From IMG/VR virus record IMGVR_UViG_3300016476_000568, positions 1 to 30,472 of that record: a stretch of DNA of 30,472 nt; one strand, written 5' to 3'. Position numbers and translations under genes: made by a program. Below the pieces are notes generated by a model that saw nothing but the letters and a program-made list of their open reading frames with translations, did no database searches and was not told where the DNA came from. This stretch comes from a virus. Taxonomy: Duplodnaviria; Caudoviricetes. Numbering within the stretch: the first letter of the stretch is position 1; every line of letters begins with the position of its first letter. Shown here one piece after another: positions 17,079 through 24,869 of the stretch.

Positions 17079-17299
17079 TGAGAGTGGCATACAAAATCCA
17101 CAAGACAGGCACACCAAAAATAGCCAACGACAGGGGGCGTCTAGTCCCTGCGGGGTTGTGGTGGCACGGCGCAGAATGGGGCGGAACAGATAACGCCCTT
17201 ATCTATGACACCAAAACTACTGCCCAACCATTACCAACCTATGGCGATTGGGAATGGGTAGAGATTTATCTCAACGAAACAACAGAGGGGAACAACTAA
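17078..17299 (+). CDS. Early hypothetical protein (MRVAYKIH...)
   Basis: Start moved to the TAATG overlap. Confidence 0.72.
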   Translation: MRVAYKIHKTGTPKIANDRGRLVPAGLWWHGAEWGGTDNALIYDTKTTAQPLPTYGDWEWVEIYLNETTEGNN

Positions 17300-17601
17300 T
17301 GGCAACGCTCACACAACAACAAGTGGACACCCTAAGGTATGTCTGCGACCTAACAGAGACGGAACTACGAGCCTATTCAGGTCGGGCAATGTATGGCGAG
17401 GTATGTCTAGGGATTGTGATAGACGGGGCAGGCGACCTATTCGCCCTCGCTCTAGAAATACAACGGCAAGACCCCGACCTAGCGGTTCTGTTAGTAAACC
17501 AATGTTGCCGTACGGACAGTATGGGTAGCAGAGAGATTGTCTATTGGCAGTATGTCAAGACGGCAGGGACAGATTTAGACGATAACGAGGAGGAGGACTA
17601 A
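17299..17601 (+). CDS. Early hypothetical protein with YSGRxMYG..CLG motif
   Basis: GAGGGG RBS and TAATG overlap; motif recurs in phage proteins of unknown function. Confidence 0.78.
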   Translation: MATLTQQQVDTLRYVCDLTETELRAYSGRAMYGEVCLGIVIDGAGDLFALALEIQRQDPDLAVLLVNQCCRTDSMGSREIVYWQYVKTAGTDLDDNEEED

Positions 17602-17960
17602 TGACTACCACACAGATACGGCTACTACCTGAAAAGGTGACAGAGTATGTCCGCTACGTCATCACCTACGAGGAAATCGGAGAACGCCACAAGGCTAACG
17701 CTGGTCGGGTTCTGCGGGAGATGTGGGAGGAACTAAACGCCTCGCCGTTCTACCCGCCGACAGGTTTGGATTGGGCGGAAATTGTGGCGGATTGGCAGGG
17801 TGGATACATTCACGACCCTGCTATGACTACGGCACAGATACTTGACACCGTGCGTGATGTGGCTAATACTTACCTTGACCAATGGGAGACAGGGGAGTGT
17901 GTGTCTTGCGGGTCGGGCGGTTGGGTGAACCCCAACGGCGAATGTTCGGATTGTGAATAG
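17601..17960 (+). CDS. Early protein with C-terminal CxxC..CxxC zinc ribbon
   Basis: CVSC...CSDC; GGAGG RBS. Confidence 0.75.
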   Translation: MTTTQIRLLPEKVTEYVRYVITYEEIGERHKANAGRVLREMWEELNASPFYPPTGLDWAEIVADWQGGYIHDPAMTTAQILDTVRDVANTYLDQWETGECVSCGSGGWVNPNGECSDCE

Positions 17961-17975
17961 AGAAAGGAAACAACA

Positions 17976-18134
17976 ATGAGTCAGGAAACAGTAGTCGGGT
18001 TATGGGTTATCACGGCACCGCTAGTAATCTTTATTGGTGATGTCTTGTATAAGGCTATGAAAGAGTATCGGGTGGAGCAGAGGCGGTTGTCTCGGTCTAA
18101 TCACCCAACAAGTAAAGGTCTGCCTCGCAAATAG
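17976..18134 (+). CDS. Small single-TM early protein, 52 aa, not in ORF track
   Basis: MSQETVVGLWVITAPLVIFIG...; AGAAAGG RBS. Confidence 0.68.
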   Translation: MSQETVVGLWVITAPLVIFIGDVLYKAMKEYRVEQRRLSRSNHPTSKGLPRK

Positions 18135-18160
18135 GCGGGGTTAGAGAAAGGGAAAACAAA

Positions 18161-18382
18161 ATGAAAAAGCAACAACTATTAGAAATCCTTAGCGAGATTG
18201 GGGACAACGAGGAAATCGCTGTACCTATCATCTGGACTAAGCAAGACGCCGAACAACTATTTGATGTTGTTCTGACCGATACTGAATGGTCTAGCGTTGT
18301 GGATACATACACCAATGGTGACTATCACGACAGCGAGGCTATGGAGTCTGCGGTAGAGGCTTTCTACAAGGCTGATAAGTAA
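18161..18382 (+). CDS. Acidic early hypothetical protein
   Basis: 73 aa; strong RBS. Confidence 0.78.
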   Translation: MKKQQLLEILSEIGDNEEIAVPIIWTKQDAEQLFDVVLTDTEWSSVVDTYTNGDYHDSEAMESAVEAFYKADK

Positions 18383-18401
18383 TAGAGAAAGGGAAAACAA
18401 A

Positions 18402-18521
18402 ATGGAAATGGAAATGTGTGTGGCTTGCCACAATGTAGAGACAGAGGACAGTCTGTGTGATGACTGTTTCGCAGAGTTACCTATGGATACTTGGGTGACT
18501 GTTACAGAGAAAGGGAAATAA
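18402..18521 (+). CDS. 39 aa CxxC..CxxC micro-protein, not in ORF track
   Basis: MEMEMCVACHNVETEDSLCDDCF...; preceded by the repeated RBS module. Confidence 0.7.
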   Translation: MEMEMCVACHNVETEDSLCDDCFAELPMDTWVTVTEKGK

Positions 18522-18523
18522 CA

Positions 18524-18745
18524 ATGGAAACAAACCGATACCACCTTGTCACCTTGACGGTGACATACAGGGTGGAAGAAGCAAAAAATAATGATGAAGC
18601 AATAGACATTGCGGTGCGTACTATCCAGCCACCAACAAACCTTGACGGTGTGGTGTTGGAAGATTATTGCGATTGGTTCTGTTCACACATTAGCGAAACA
18701 GAAGAAGGCATTGAGTGTCTATCTATTACAGAGGAAGGGAAATAA
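18524..18745 (+). CDS. Early hypothetical protein (METNRYHL...)
   Basis: Start placed after the RBS module. Confidence 0.75.
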   Translation: METNRYHLVTLTVTYRVEEAKNNDEAIDIAVRTIQPPTNLDGVVLEDYCDWFCSHISETEEGIECLSITEEGK

Positions 18746-18747
18746 CA

Positions 18748-19029
18748 ATGGAAACAACAACATTCAACAACTACACAGAGGAACAGGCGCTACTGCTTGT
18801 CTCCAAATTCGCCCAACGTTTTGGGTGGAAGTACACAATGTTTACTCGTGATGATGTGCGACAGGCAATCATTGACCATTGCGGGGAACGCCCAACACTT
18901 GACCTACAAGTGGACAAGGTAATGGCGACCCGTATGTGGGTCAAGACATTAGAGGACTCTATTATCCGTGAGGGTATGGAATGTATCTATGACGCCGTGC
19001 GTGAGGTTGAGGAAAAGGTGACGCTGTGA
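18748..19029 (+). CDS. Early hypothetical protein (METTTFNN...)
   Basis: Start placed after the RBS module. Confidence 0.75.
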   Translation: METTTFNNYTEEQALLLVSKFAQRFGWKYTMFTRDDVRQAIIDHCGERPTLDLQVDKVMATRMWVKTLEDSIIREGMECIYDAVREVEEKVTL

Positions 19030-19223
19030 GTATGACAGATAGCAAATACGCAGTAGCACATAGAGTCACATTCGTACTGCCATACGCCACCCTTACTACG
19101 GTTGTGTATGCGGTAGATGAAGATGAGGCTTTTGAGAAGGCACACCAATTCATTAGAGATGAATACGGCTGGCAACCTGAGATGTTCGCACAGGACATTG
19201 ACGTAGAAAGAGAGGAACGATAA
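19026..19223 (+). CDS. Early hypothetical protein
   Basis: 65 aa; overlapping junctions. Confidence 0.72.
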   Translation: MSMTDSKYAVAHRVTFVLPYATLTTVVYAVDEDEAFEKAHQFIRDEYGWQPEMFAQDIDVEREER

Positions 19224-19495
19224 TGACTGAGTTGGTACGACCATTAGACGCTATGCCGTTGCGAGTAAAAGCGTTCGCCCGACTATGGGCTATGAAATGG
19301 ATAGCAAAACACCCCGACTGGGCTGACTCAGGTGGAACGTATGAAGACCACTGGTATCAGTTCGGTGACTACGACCTAAACCTGTGGTGTGAAGATGGTC
19401 GCCTGCGGGTATCGGCCTATGCGCTCTACAAAGACAATGAAGATTTGACGACTGACCATTCTGATTGGGTCACGATTGTAGATAGGGAAGGCTGA
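19223..19495 (+). CDS. Early hypothetical protein (Trp-rich)
   Basis: 90 aa; TAATG coupling. Confidence 0.75.
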   Translation: MTELVRPLDAMPLRVKAFARLWAMKWIAKHPDWADSGGTYEDHWYQFGDYDLNLWCEDGRLRVSAYALYKDNEDLTTDHSDWVTIVDREG

Positions 19496-19758
19496 TGAAT
19501 AAGACATACGAGATTGAGTACGTCGGTATCCATACTGAGGTCGTACACCGTGAGGTTGTCACCGTTGATGGGCGTTCCGCACGACAGAACCGTGTCCCAA
19601 CCTGTCTTATTGAGTACGCCGACCACTATGCTAAAACATTTTGGAAGGCATACAAGTATGAGATTAGCCTCTATAAGCCACCGCACATCACCGCCTCAGG
19701 CGTACAGATTGGGGTAGCGCACCTCGTCTATACAGGGATAGTGGATGAAAACTGTTAG
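19495..19758 (+). CDS. Early hypothetical protein
   Basis: 87 aa; TGATG coupling. Confidence 0.68.
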   Translation: MNKTYEIEYVGIHTEVVHREVVTVDGRSARQNRVPTCLIEYADHYAKTFWKAYKYEISLYKPPHITASGVQIGVAHLVYTGIVDENC

Positions 19759-19999
19759 GTATTTGACAGGGACACTACGCACAATCCATAACACCAAGCA
19801 GGCTGAGAAACAGGTCAGGTTTATCATCAAGAAACGTTATGCCCCACGCCCTATGTTCTACCGTATGACCCTGTGGGGTTACGAGTGGGACAGGAACCGT
19901 GACAAGGCTACGGTGTTCCCCAATCGGAGATTGTTAGACGCCGAGTTGGTCGCTACCACTATGGCTATCTATGACCATTATGAAATAATACAAATCTGA
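19745..19999 (+). CDS. Basic early hypothetical protein
   Basis: 84 aa; last plus-strand gene. Confidence 0.68.
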   Translation: MKTVRYLTGTLRTIHNTKQAEKQVRFIIKKRYAPRPMFYRMTLWGYEWDRNRDKATVFPNRRLLDAELVATTMAIYDHYEIIQI

Positions 20000-20016
20000 G
20001 TTGTGTTACACTCAGT

Positions 20017-20064
20017 AGTGACCCTCGTGTGATGTCCCCCCTTCCGTCACACGGGGGTCACTTG
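20017..20064 (+). ncRNA. C6-loop hairpin A (putative sRNA; may also act as the convergent terminator)
   Basis: 18-bp stem with G-U pairs on the + strand, loop TCCCCCCTTC, preceded by TGtTACACT at 20004-20012. Confidence 0.55.
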
Positions 20065-20330
20065 TATGTACGGACAGGTGTGGGGGCGTACTCTAACTGT
20101 CCTCGTTCACGAGGGGATAAACCCCCGAACATTCCGAAGCGGGAACGTTGCCCTTTCTCGTGTTCCATAGCATATGCTAAGCACTGCGTTGTTACTTCGC
20201 ATTGACGGCAGAACTCACGGGCTTTGTCATACACATTGTCTTGACCCCCTGGGTTGTCGGGGAAAAAGATTTCTGTTGGCACTCCACGACAAGACGCTTT
20301 CTCTTGCCAGTCGGGGCGTTCCAAAATCAT
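20058..20330 (-). CDS. whiB: WhiB family transcription factor
   Basis: WQEKASC..FFP..C..C.V...CL..A....GMFGG.S..ER. Confidence 0.95.
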   Translation of the reverse strand: MILERPDWQEKASCRGVPTEIFFPDNPGGQDNVYDKAREFCRQCEVTTQCLAYAMEHEKGQRSRFGMFGGLSPRERGQLEYAPTPVRTYK

Positions 20331-20527
20331 TTACGTTTCCTTCTAGTTTTCTTTGCCTCTGCCTGTTCTGCCAGCGCCTTACTTGTTTTGTTGGTGTGGC
20401 AGATACAGGGGCAGGTGTCGTGGATTTGTTGCGACCATTTCGTGACGGCACCAAGAAATGTTCCGCAGTGGTTACAGTCGGGGTGCTTACGGGGGAAATC
20501 CATAAGCCCTTCTCTGTCAATGGTCAC
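20327..20527 (-). CDS. Small Cys-rich protein
   Basis: CNHC...CPCICH; overlaps neighbours. Confidence 0.7.
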   Translation of the reverse strand: MTIDREGLMDFPRKHPDCNHCGTFLGAVTKWSQQIHDTCPCICHTNKTSKALAEQAEAKKTRRKRK

Positions 20528-20711
20528 GTTCTACTTCCGACATTGGTGTGTCCTCTGTGTAGATACGGACTACAAGGATACAGGGGTCGCCCCCTTCGTC
20601 CCATTCTTTTTCTTCCGCTTCGGATTGGGGTACACCTTCGTGGGTGTCACACGCTATGCGTGAGCAGAACCCGTGTTCCCTGCCGATTGCTATCCATTCG
20701 TGTAGTTCCAT
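20517..20711 (-). CDS. Small phage protein (C..C.TH.G.P...W..G.DPC)
   Basis: TAATG overlap at 20711. Confidence 0.75.
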   Translation of the reverse strand: MELHEWIAIGREHGFCSRIACDTHEGVPQSEAEEKEWDEGGDPCILVVRIYTEDTPMSEVERDH

Positions 20712-21526
20712 TACAGACCGCACATCCCTTCACATTCTTGATTGAATAAAGACAAGATACCTTTTTCTTCTTTGGTTCTTAGGTCAGCCTCAGCCAACGG
20801 CACCTTTGACTGGTGTAGATACGGAGTCCCACGGTAACGGGCAACTAGATGTGGCAGTGTGCGTAAAGCATTATCAAACTCCACAGCATCAGCCCATTCT
20901 TCTTCGTTCTCCCGTAACGCCCGCCATTCGTCAGCGTTCTTGAAAGGACACCCAATGCAGGCGGAACGAGGGGGGAGTGCGTACCCTTTTTCGGCGCACC
21001 AATCCAAACAATCTTGTCTGGTGATGCGCTTGTCAATCAGTGGGTATTCGTGTTGTATCCACGAGAACTGTGGGTCTTTGATGCGTTGCACTTCGTCCCA
21101 AGAGATACCGATAATGGTTGTGATGCGGTGTTCTTTGCAGCGTTGACCTGATTTCAGACCAGCCAGTTCTCTTTGCTTCTTCATCAGTGGGGCAAGTTTG
21201 TATTCGGCTGTGCATTGACGGCGCACCATACCTTTCTTGCCGTCCTCACCAATAAGGTGCAATGGCATAGAGGCGTACCGTTTCCCGTCAGTCAGGAAAT
21301 CTTCCCTGATGTTTCCCTTTGACACCATATGGAATGGCATCTTTGCTTCTTCCATTAGCCCTTTGAGATAGTCAAGGTGTTTGTACACAGCCTTTGGTTC
21401 CCAGCCTGTGTCGGCAAAGATAACGTGGTCGGCTCGTTCTACTTCACCGTGCAACATCATCAGCAACAAGGTGGTTGATTGCACCCCTGCCCCCAACGAT
21501 AAAACTCTTAGAGGGTATTCACTCAT
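20711..21526 (-). CDS. PAPS-reductase-like PP-loop (adenine nucleotide alpha hydrolase) protein
   Basis: SLGAGVQST, FADTGWE, RQCT..YK..P, IGISWDE, SACIGCPF, terminal CEGMC. Confidence 0.85.
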   Translation of the reverse strand: MSEYPLRVLSLGAGVQSTTLLLMMLHGEVERADHVIFADTGWEPKAVYKHLDYLKGLMEEAKMPFHMVSKGNIREDFLTDGKRYASMPLHLIGEDGKKGMVRRQCTAEYKLAPLMKKQRELAGLKSGQRCKEHRITTIIGISWDEVQRIKDPQFSWIQHEYPLIDKRITRQDCLDWCAEKGYALPPRSACIGCPFKNADEWRALRENEEEWADAVEFDNALRTLPHLVARYRGTPYLHQSKVPLAEADLRTKEEKGILSLFNQECEGMCGL

Positions 21527-21614
21527 TGTCTTTCCTTTCGTACCACCAGTTCAGTGCTGTCGCAACCAGTACACAGTACAGGAGTATGAGTATGGGTGCG
21601 TACAGGAAGAACAC
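21519..21614 (-). CDS. 31 aa hydrophobic peptide, not in ORF track
   Basis: GTG start overlapping the ssb stop; MFFLYAPILILLYCVLVATALNWWYERKDNE. Confidence 0.5.
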   Translation of the reverse strand: MFFLYAPILILLYCVLVATALNWWYERKDNE

Positions 21615-22015
21615 TAGAATGGTTCTTCGTCCGACAGTGCTGGCATTTGCTTACCGATAAAGCCTGTCTGCGCCATTACCTTTTCGGTTTGGTCAGCAAC
21701 CCAAGCGTTCCAGCGGCAGGAAGCACCAACTTCGTCTGCGATTAGTTTGCGGGCGACACCTTTTGTGCCGTCTTTCTTGGTGTATTCCTCTTGCTCAAAG
21801 CGACCCGTGATGATGACGCTTGTGCCTTTGGTGATGGTGTTGGCTACGTTCTCTGCGAGTTTGCCGAACACCATAATGTCCCACCAGGTTGTTTTCTTTT
21901 TGTCATCTTTGCCGTAGTTGTCTGCCACGGTGAAGGTGAGTACGGCGTTTCCGCCTTGTGAGAAACGGAGGTCTGGTTCTTTACCGACTGTTCCGTGTAC
22001 GGTTACATTGTTCAT
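21614..22015 (-). CDS. ssb: Single-stranded DNA-binding protein
   Basis: OB-fold motifs G....P.LRF, GKLAEN, acidic EEPF tail. Confidence 0.93.
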   Translation of the reverse strand: MNNVTVHGTVGKEPDLRFSQGGNAVLTFTVADNYGKDDKKKTTWWDIMVFGKLAENVANTITKGTSVIITGRFEQEEYTKKDGTKGVARKLIADEVGASCRWNAWVADQTEKVMAQTGFIGKQMPALSDEEPF

Positions 22016-22029
22016 TTGTTTCTTCCCTT

Positions 22030-22674
22030 CTAAGGATTGAATAGTGGCAGTGGTACATCTACCCCTGACCAGTTTACTTTGTTCACGATGTTTATCAACT
22101 TTGGTGTATTTTTATCGGGTCCGAAAGCCAGATAAGTTCCATCAACAGAGTCAACACCCCATTGTTTTGCTAACAACATTCGTTTGAAAGAGTTTACTCT
22201 ACCCATATGTACCCATATGGATAAAGATTTTGCTTTTTGGCACATTTCTTTTGCTGTGTTTGACAATTTGAATTCTGTTGTGCCTCCAATAAACAAACAT
22301 CCCATTGTTTCCCACGGGATTGTTGCTTCTTCTGCCCCGTCTTGGAGAACAAACGCTGGTTTGTACCCCAGGTCAGCAACCGTTTTATAATAGTGGTTCC
22401 ATCTTTCAACAGTCTTATCGTGGTCTGCGACCACATCGGGAACCGTGGCAAATAAAGCATCCTTTGGATTGTCAAAACTTTTAAGCCACGAAACCCACAC
22501 GTTTTCGTCCCATTTCTCAGCGAAGCACCCGTTATCAGCAGCCCAAGACCACTGATACGGGGACGCTTTCGTGCTTCGTTGACTAAATGGTGTAAGCATC
22601 ATTCCTATGCCATTATCTTGTAATGCTTTTTGGATTTCAAGATTTGAAGGCAGGCATCCGCTTAGATAAATCAT
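22030..22674 (-). CDS. TGT-fold protein, candidate DpdA-like DNA deazaguanine transglycosylase
   Basis: DNGCF (cf. DSGGF), PDVV, VLQDG, FIGG, VHMGRVN, DSVDGT in TGT order; adjacent to VUT gene. Confidence 0.65.
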   Translation of the reverse strand: MIYLSGCLPSNLEIQKALQDNGIGMMLTPFSQRSTKASPYQWSWAADNGCFAEKWDENVWVSWLKSFDNPKDALFATVPDVVADHDKTVERWNHYYKTVADLGYKPAFVLQDGAEEATIPWETMGCLFIGGTTEFKLSNTAKEMCQKAKSLSIWVHMGRVNSFKRMLLAKQWGVDSVDGTYLAFGPDKNTPKLINIVNKVNWSGVDVPLPLFNP

Positions 22675-23176
22675 TCGCAATCCAAATCAAAACACCACCG
22701 ACTAAAGCCATTTGTGTTTTGCCGATAACCTGACCTTGCCAATACTGGGTTGAGCCAAAAGCAATTTGTAAGAACACGAACGAGTCAATGACCCCGCCAA
22801 TAAAACCTGACGAGACTACAGCGCCAACTAGTGTTTTTTCTTTGAGGTTTGAATACACCAAAAAGTCTGCCAGTTCACCCAATGCGAAGGCTACTGCGCT
22901 GGCAATGGCTACGGCAGGGTTGATGAAGTACGACAGAAGGACACCAACACCCATAGCCTGCAATGTGGTTGTCTTGCCATATGTGTTTTGCACAATGTCA
23001 CGCATAAACATCGCAATGCCAATCATCAGAACACCTGATGGGGCGTTGTACCCAAACCCTACTGGGATTGTGTGTGGTCCTCCTGGAAAAAATTGAGTTC
23101 CTACATTGGAAATCATCCAGTTGGCAATGGGAATTGTCGCTAAGTACAAACTGATTAGTGTGATTTTCTTTCTCAT
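22637..23176 (-). CDS. VUT/YhhQ family queuosine-precursor transporter
   Basis: Multi-TM; ANW, RDIVQ..YG, IASAVAF..GELADF.VY, DSFVFL.IAFG, GQVIGK. Confidence 0.88.
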   Translation of the reverse strand: MRKKITLISLYLATIPIANWMISNVGTQFFPGGPHTIPVGFGYNAPSGVLMIGIAMFMRDIVQNTYGKTTTLQAMGVGVLLSYFINPAVAIASAVAFALGELADFLVYSNLKEKTLVGAVVSSGFIGGVIDSFVFLQIAFGSTQYWQGQVIGKTQMALVGGVLIWIANDLSKRMPAFKS

Positions 23177-23337
23177 TTTGTTTCTTCCTTCTTTGGTTGG
23201 AGATTTACTATCCGCATCGCCTTCTTTGGGCAGGGGTGTTGCGGTGGGCTTGTCAATGTCACATACGTTGTGACTGACACATTGCAAGATGGGCAGTACC
23301 AATCTTGTCTGAGACTTATTCCCTTCATTGCGCTCAT
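23173..23337 (-). CDS. 54 aa zinc-ribbon-like protein, not in ORF track
   Basis: WYCPSC...HPC; ATGA overlap with the VUT gene. Confidence 0.65.
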   Translation of the reverse strand: MSAMKGISLRQDWYCPSCNVSVTTYVTLTSPPQHPCPKKAMRIVNLQPKKEETK

Positions 23338-23338
23338 G

Positions 23339-23752
23339 CTAGCACCTGTATTTCCATCGTTGTACTTTGGGATGTTTGGATTTACACACTAGGTCTTTGA
23401 GTCCGTTGCAGTTCGCTTTGATTGCGCCCCAACCCCACGGTCCGACAGGGTAGGTGTAGATGTTTCCTCGCCAGTGTCCTTCCCAGGCTATGTTGTCCAC
23501 GACACGGGCTTGTTCCAGTGAGGTTAGACCTTTGGCTGAGGTGCGGTTTGACCAGCGTTGCCAAGTGCCACGGGCTATCCCGAACATTGAGGTGTATGTG
23601 CGGGTGGAGTGGTTGATGTTTGACCCTGTTTCGCATTGTGCTAGTCGGCGGTAGAAACCCCACGGCATGACCAGTTCTTCGCCGTATGCGCTGGCTTTGG
23701 CGGGGGCTACCGATACTAATAGCAGGGTAGTGATGAACATAATTTTTCGCAT
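23339..23752 (-). CDS. Secreted Rpf-like (resuscitation-promoting factor) transglycosylase
   Basis: Signal peptide, LAQCETGSN, GTW, EQARV, W.WG; AAAGGAGG RBS before ATG 23752. Confidence 0.75.
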   Translation of the reverse strand: MRKIMFITTLLLVSVAPAKASAYGEELVMPWGFYRRLAQCETGSNINHSTRTYTSMFGIARGTWQRWSNRTSAKGLTSLEQARVVDNIAWEGHWRGNIYTYPVGPWGWGAIKANCNGLKDLVCKSKHPKVQRWKYRC

Positions 23753-23808
23753 AGTGCCTCCTTTGGGTTGGCTTTGCGTCCCTCTTTCTCTGACGGACAG
23801 TCTAGCAG

Positions 23809-24222
23809 TTAGTCGTAGAGTTCGTTTGTTTGCAGGTCTTGGACGTGCTGTGGATAAAGTAGGAACCCTCGTGCTGGGTTGTCTGAGTTGGGTGCGAAGT
23901 CCCGTTTTTCTAGGGTGTAGTAGTTGTGTCGGAGATAGTTCTTCATTCGTTGTACAGATACGATTATGAAACTGTCGGGTGCGAACCTGTACGCCCACCA
24001 TTGTGCCTGGGTGACGTTGATGCCTGATAGTTTCCAGCCTTTACCGCCAGGGTTTTGTTCTGTTTCCACAGCCATACGCCCATTACGGTAACGGTCAGCC
24101 TTTACTTCTACGGTTCCGAGATTGAAAGCGTTGAAAAAATCAATCAGGTTTTGTTCGCCTTCGTGTCCGTACTCTAGGTCGGTCTTGAAGTCAAACTTAG
24201 GGTTGTAGCCTCCGATTTCCAT
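23809..24222 (-). CDS. PD-(D/E)XK-fold phage protein
   Basis: F..DL..G..GE, VEVKAD, G..SGI..T.A.WW. Confidence 0.65.
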   Translation of the reverse strand: MEIGGYNPKFDFKTDLEYGHEGEQNLIDFFNAFNLGTVEVKADRYRNGRMAVETEQNPGGKGWKLSGINVTQAQWWAYRFAPDSFIIVSVQRMKNYLRHNYYTLEKRDFAPNSDNPARGFLLYPQHVQDLQTNELYD

Positions 24223-24224
24223 AC

Positions 24225-24572
24225 CTACGCCACGTCTTCCCTGCTGAAACAGTTGCGGTAGAAATCTTGACCCCAGATTTCAATGGGGTGGTAGCCCAGG
24301 GTGATTGCCCATTTGTCTGCGTTGTACAGTTCTATACCTTCGTCACGCCATCGTGATTTTATACTGGCTTCTACTGCTGTGGTGCGTCCGTCTAGGTCTA
24401 ACCTGCGTAGTAGTGGTGTTGCGTCTACTCGTAGTCCTGCGTTGATTTTTTCTCTGCGGTAACGAAGACGGTATTCTCGTGCGTCTGTTACACAGATGTC
24501 GCAACGGCAGTGGTACTTCAGGTAGGACGAACGTCCGTGTTTTATTTCTCTGGTTGGTTTAGTTTCAGCCAT
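24225..24572 (-). CDS. Protein with HG...Y...CRC..C motif and possible HTH
   Basis: HGRSSYLKYHCRCDIC; ADKWAITLGYHPIEIW. Confidence 0.7.
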   Translation of the reverse strand: MAETKPTREIKHGRSSYLKYHCRCDICVTDAREYRLRYRREKINAGLRVDATPLLRRLDLDGRTTAVEASIKSRWRDEGIELYNADKWAITLGYHPIEIWGQDFYRNCFSREDVA

Positions 24573-24694
24573 TGGTCTATTGCTTCTCGTTCTCGTGGGG
24601 TCATAGCACCGAGTCGTTCAAAGTCTGAGATGTTGTAGATACGGTTCATCAGACATTCAAAGAGGGTGCGTCCTACTTGTTCTAGTTCATTCAC
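24542..24694 (-). CDS. 50 aa hypothetical protein (MNELEQVGRTLFECLM...), not in ORF track
   Basis: GTG start; fills the operon gap. Confidence 0.6.
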   Translation of the reverse strand: MNELEQVGRTLFECLMNRIYNISDFERLGAMTPREREAIDQWLKLNQPEK

Positions 24695-24869
24695 CACGCA
24701 CCGCCTTTTGGTATGCTTCGCACTCCCAACAACGGCTAATCAAAGCGCAGGTACGCCCATAGTCGTGTCGTGAATGGAACATATCTGCCACCTTGCGCCA
24801 CTTATCACGTTCTTCTGTGACCCGCATAAGTTCAACCTGCAACTCCCTAATCACTGCGTCCTGTTCCAT
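24687..24869 (-). CDS. Small hypothetical protein
   Basis: 60 aa coiled coil plus Cys/His motif. Confidence 0.7.
   Translation of the reverse strand: MEQDAVIRELQVELMRVTEERDKWRKVADMFHSRHDYGRTCALISRCWECEAYQKAVRGE

Larger units (their letters stand above)
18142..18757 (+). repeat. Repeated RBS/gene-junction modules
   Basis: TAGAGAAAGGGAAAACAAAATG at 18142 and 18383; TTACAGAG(A/G)AAGGGAAATAACAATGGAAACAA at ~18502 and ~18726. Confidence 0.85.

Noticed and set aside
18096-18145. Three-way-junction fold before an RBS
   Set aside because: Lies mostly within a plausible 52 aa CDS and shows no ribozyme core
18142-18757. CRISPR-like array from the repeated 22-30 nt units
   Set aside because: Spacing is irregular and over 100 nt, the intervening sequences are genes, and the repeats are RBS modules
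23250-23275. GTCACA-N5-TGTGAC palindrome next to TTGACA; possible operator or preQ1 riboswitch upstream of the VUT gene
   Set aside because: Inside a small zinc-ribbon CDS, no -10 at the correct spacing, and no preQ1 aptamer features
23770-23790. GAAAGAGGGACGCAAAGCC on the minus strand resembles part of the c-di-GMP-I riboswitch, upstream of the Rpf-like gene
   Set aside because: The 5' GGCAAACC strand and the second hairpin are missing, so the aptamer cannot form
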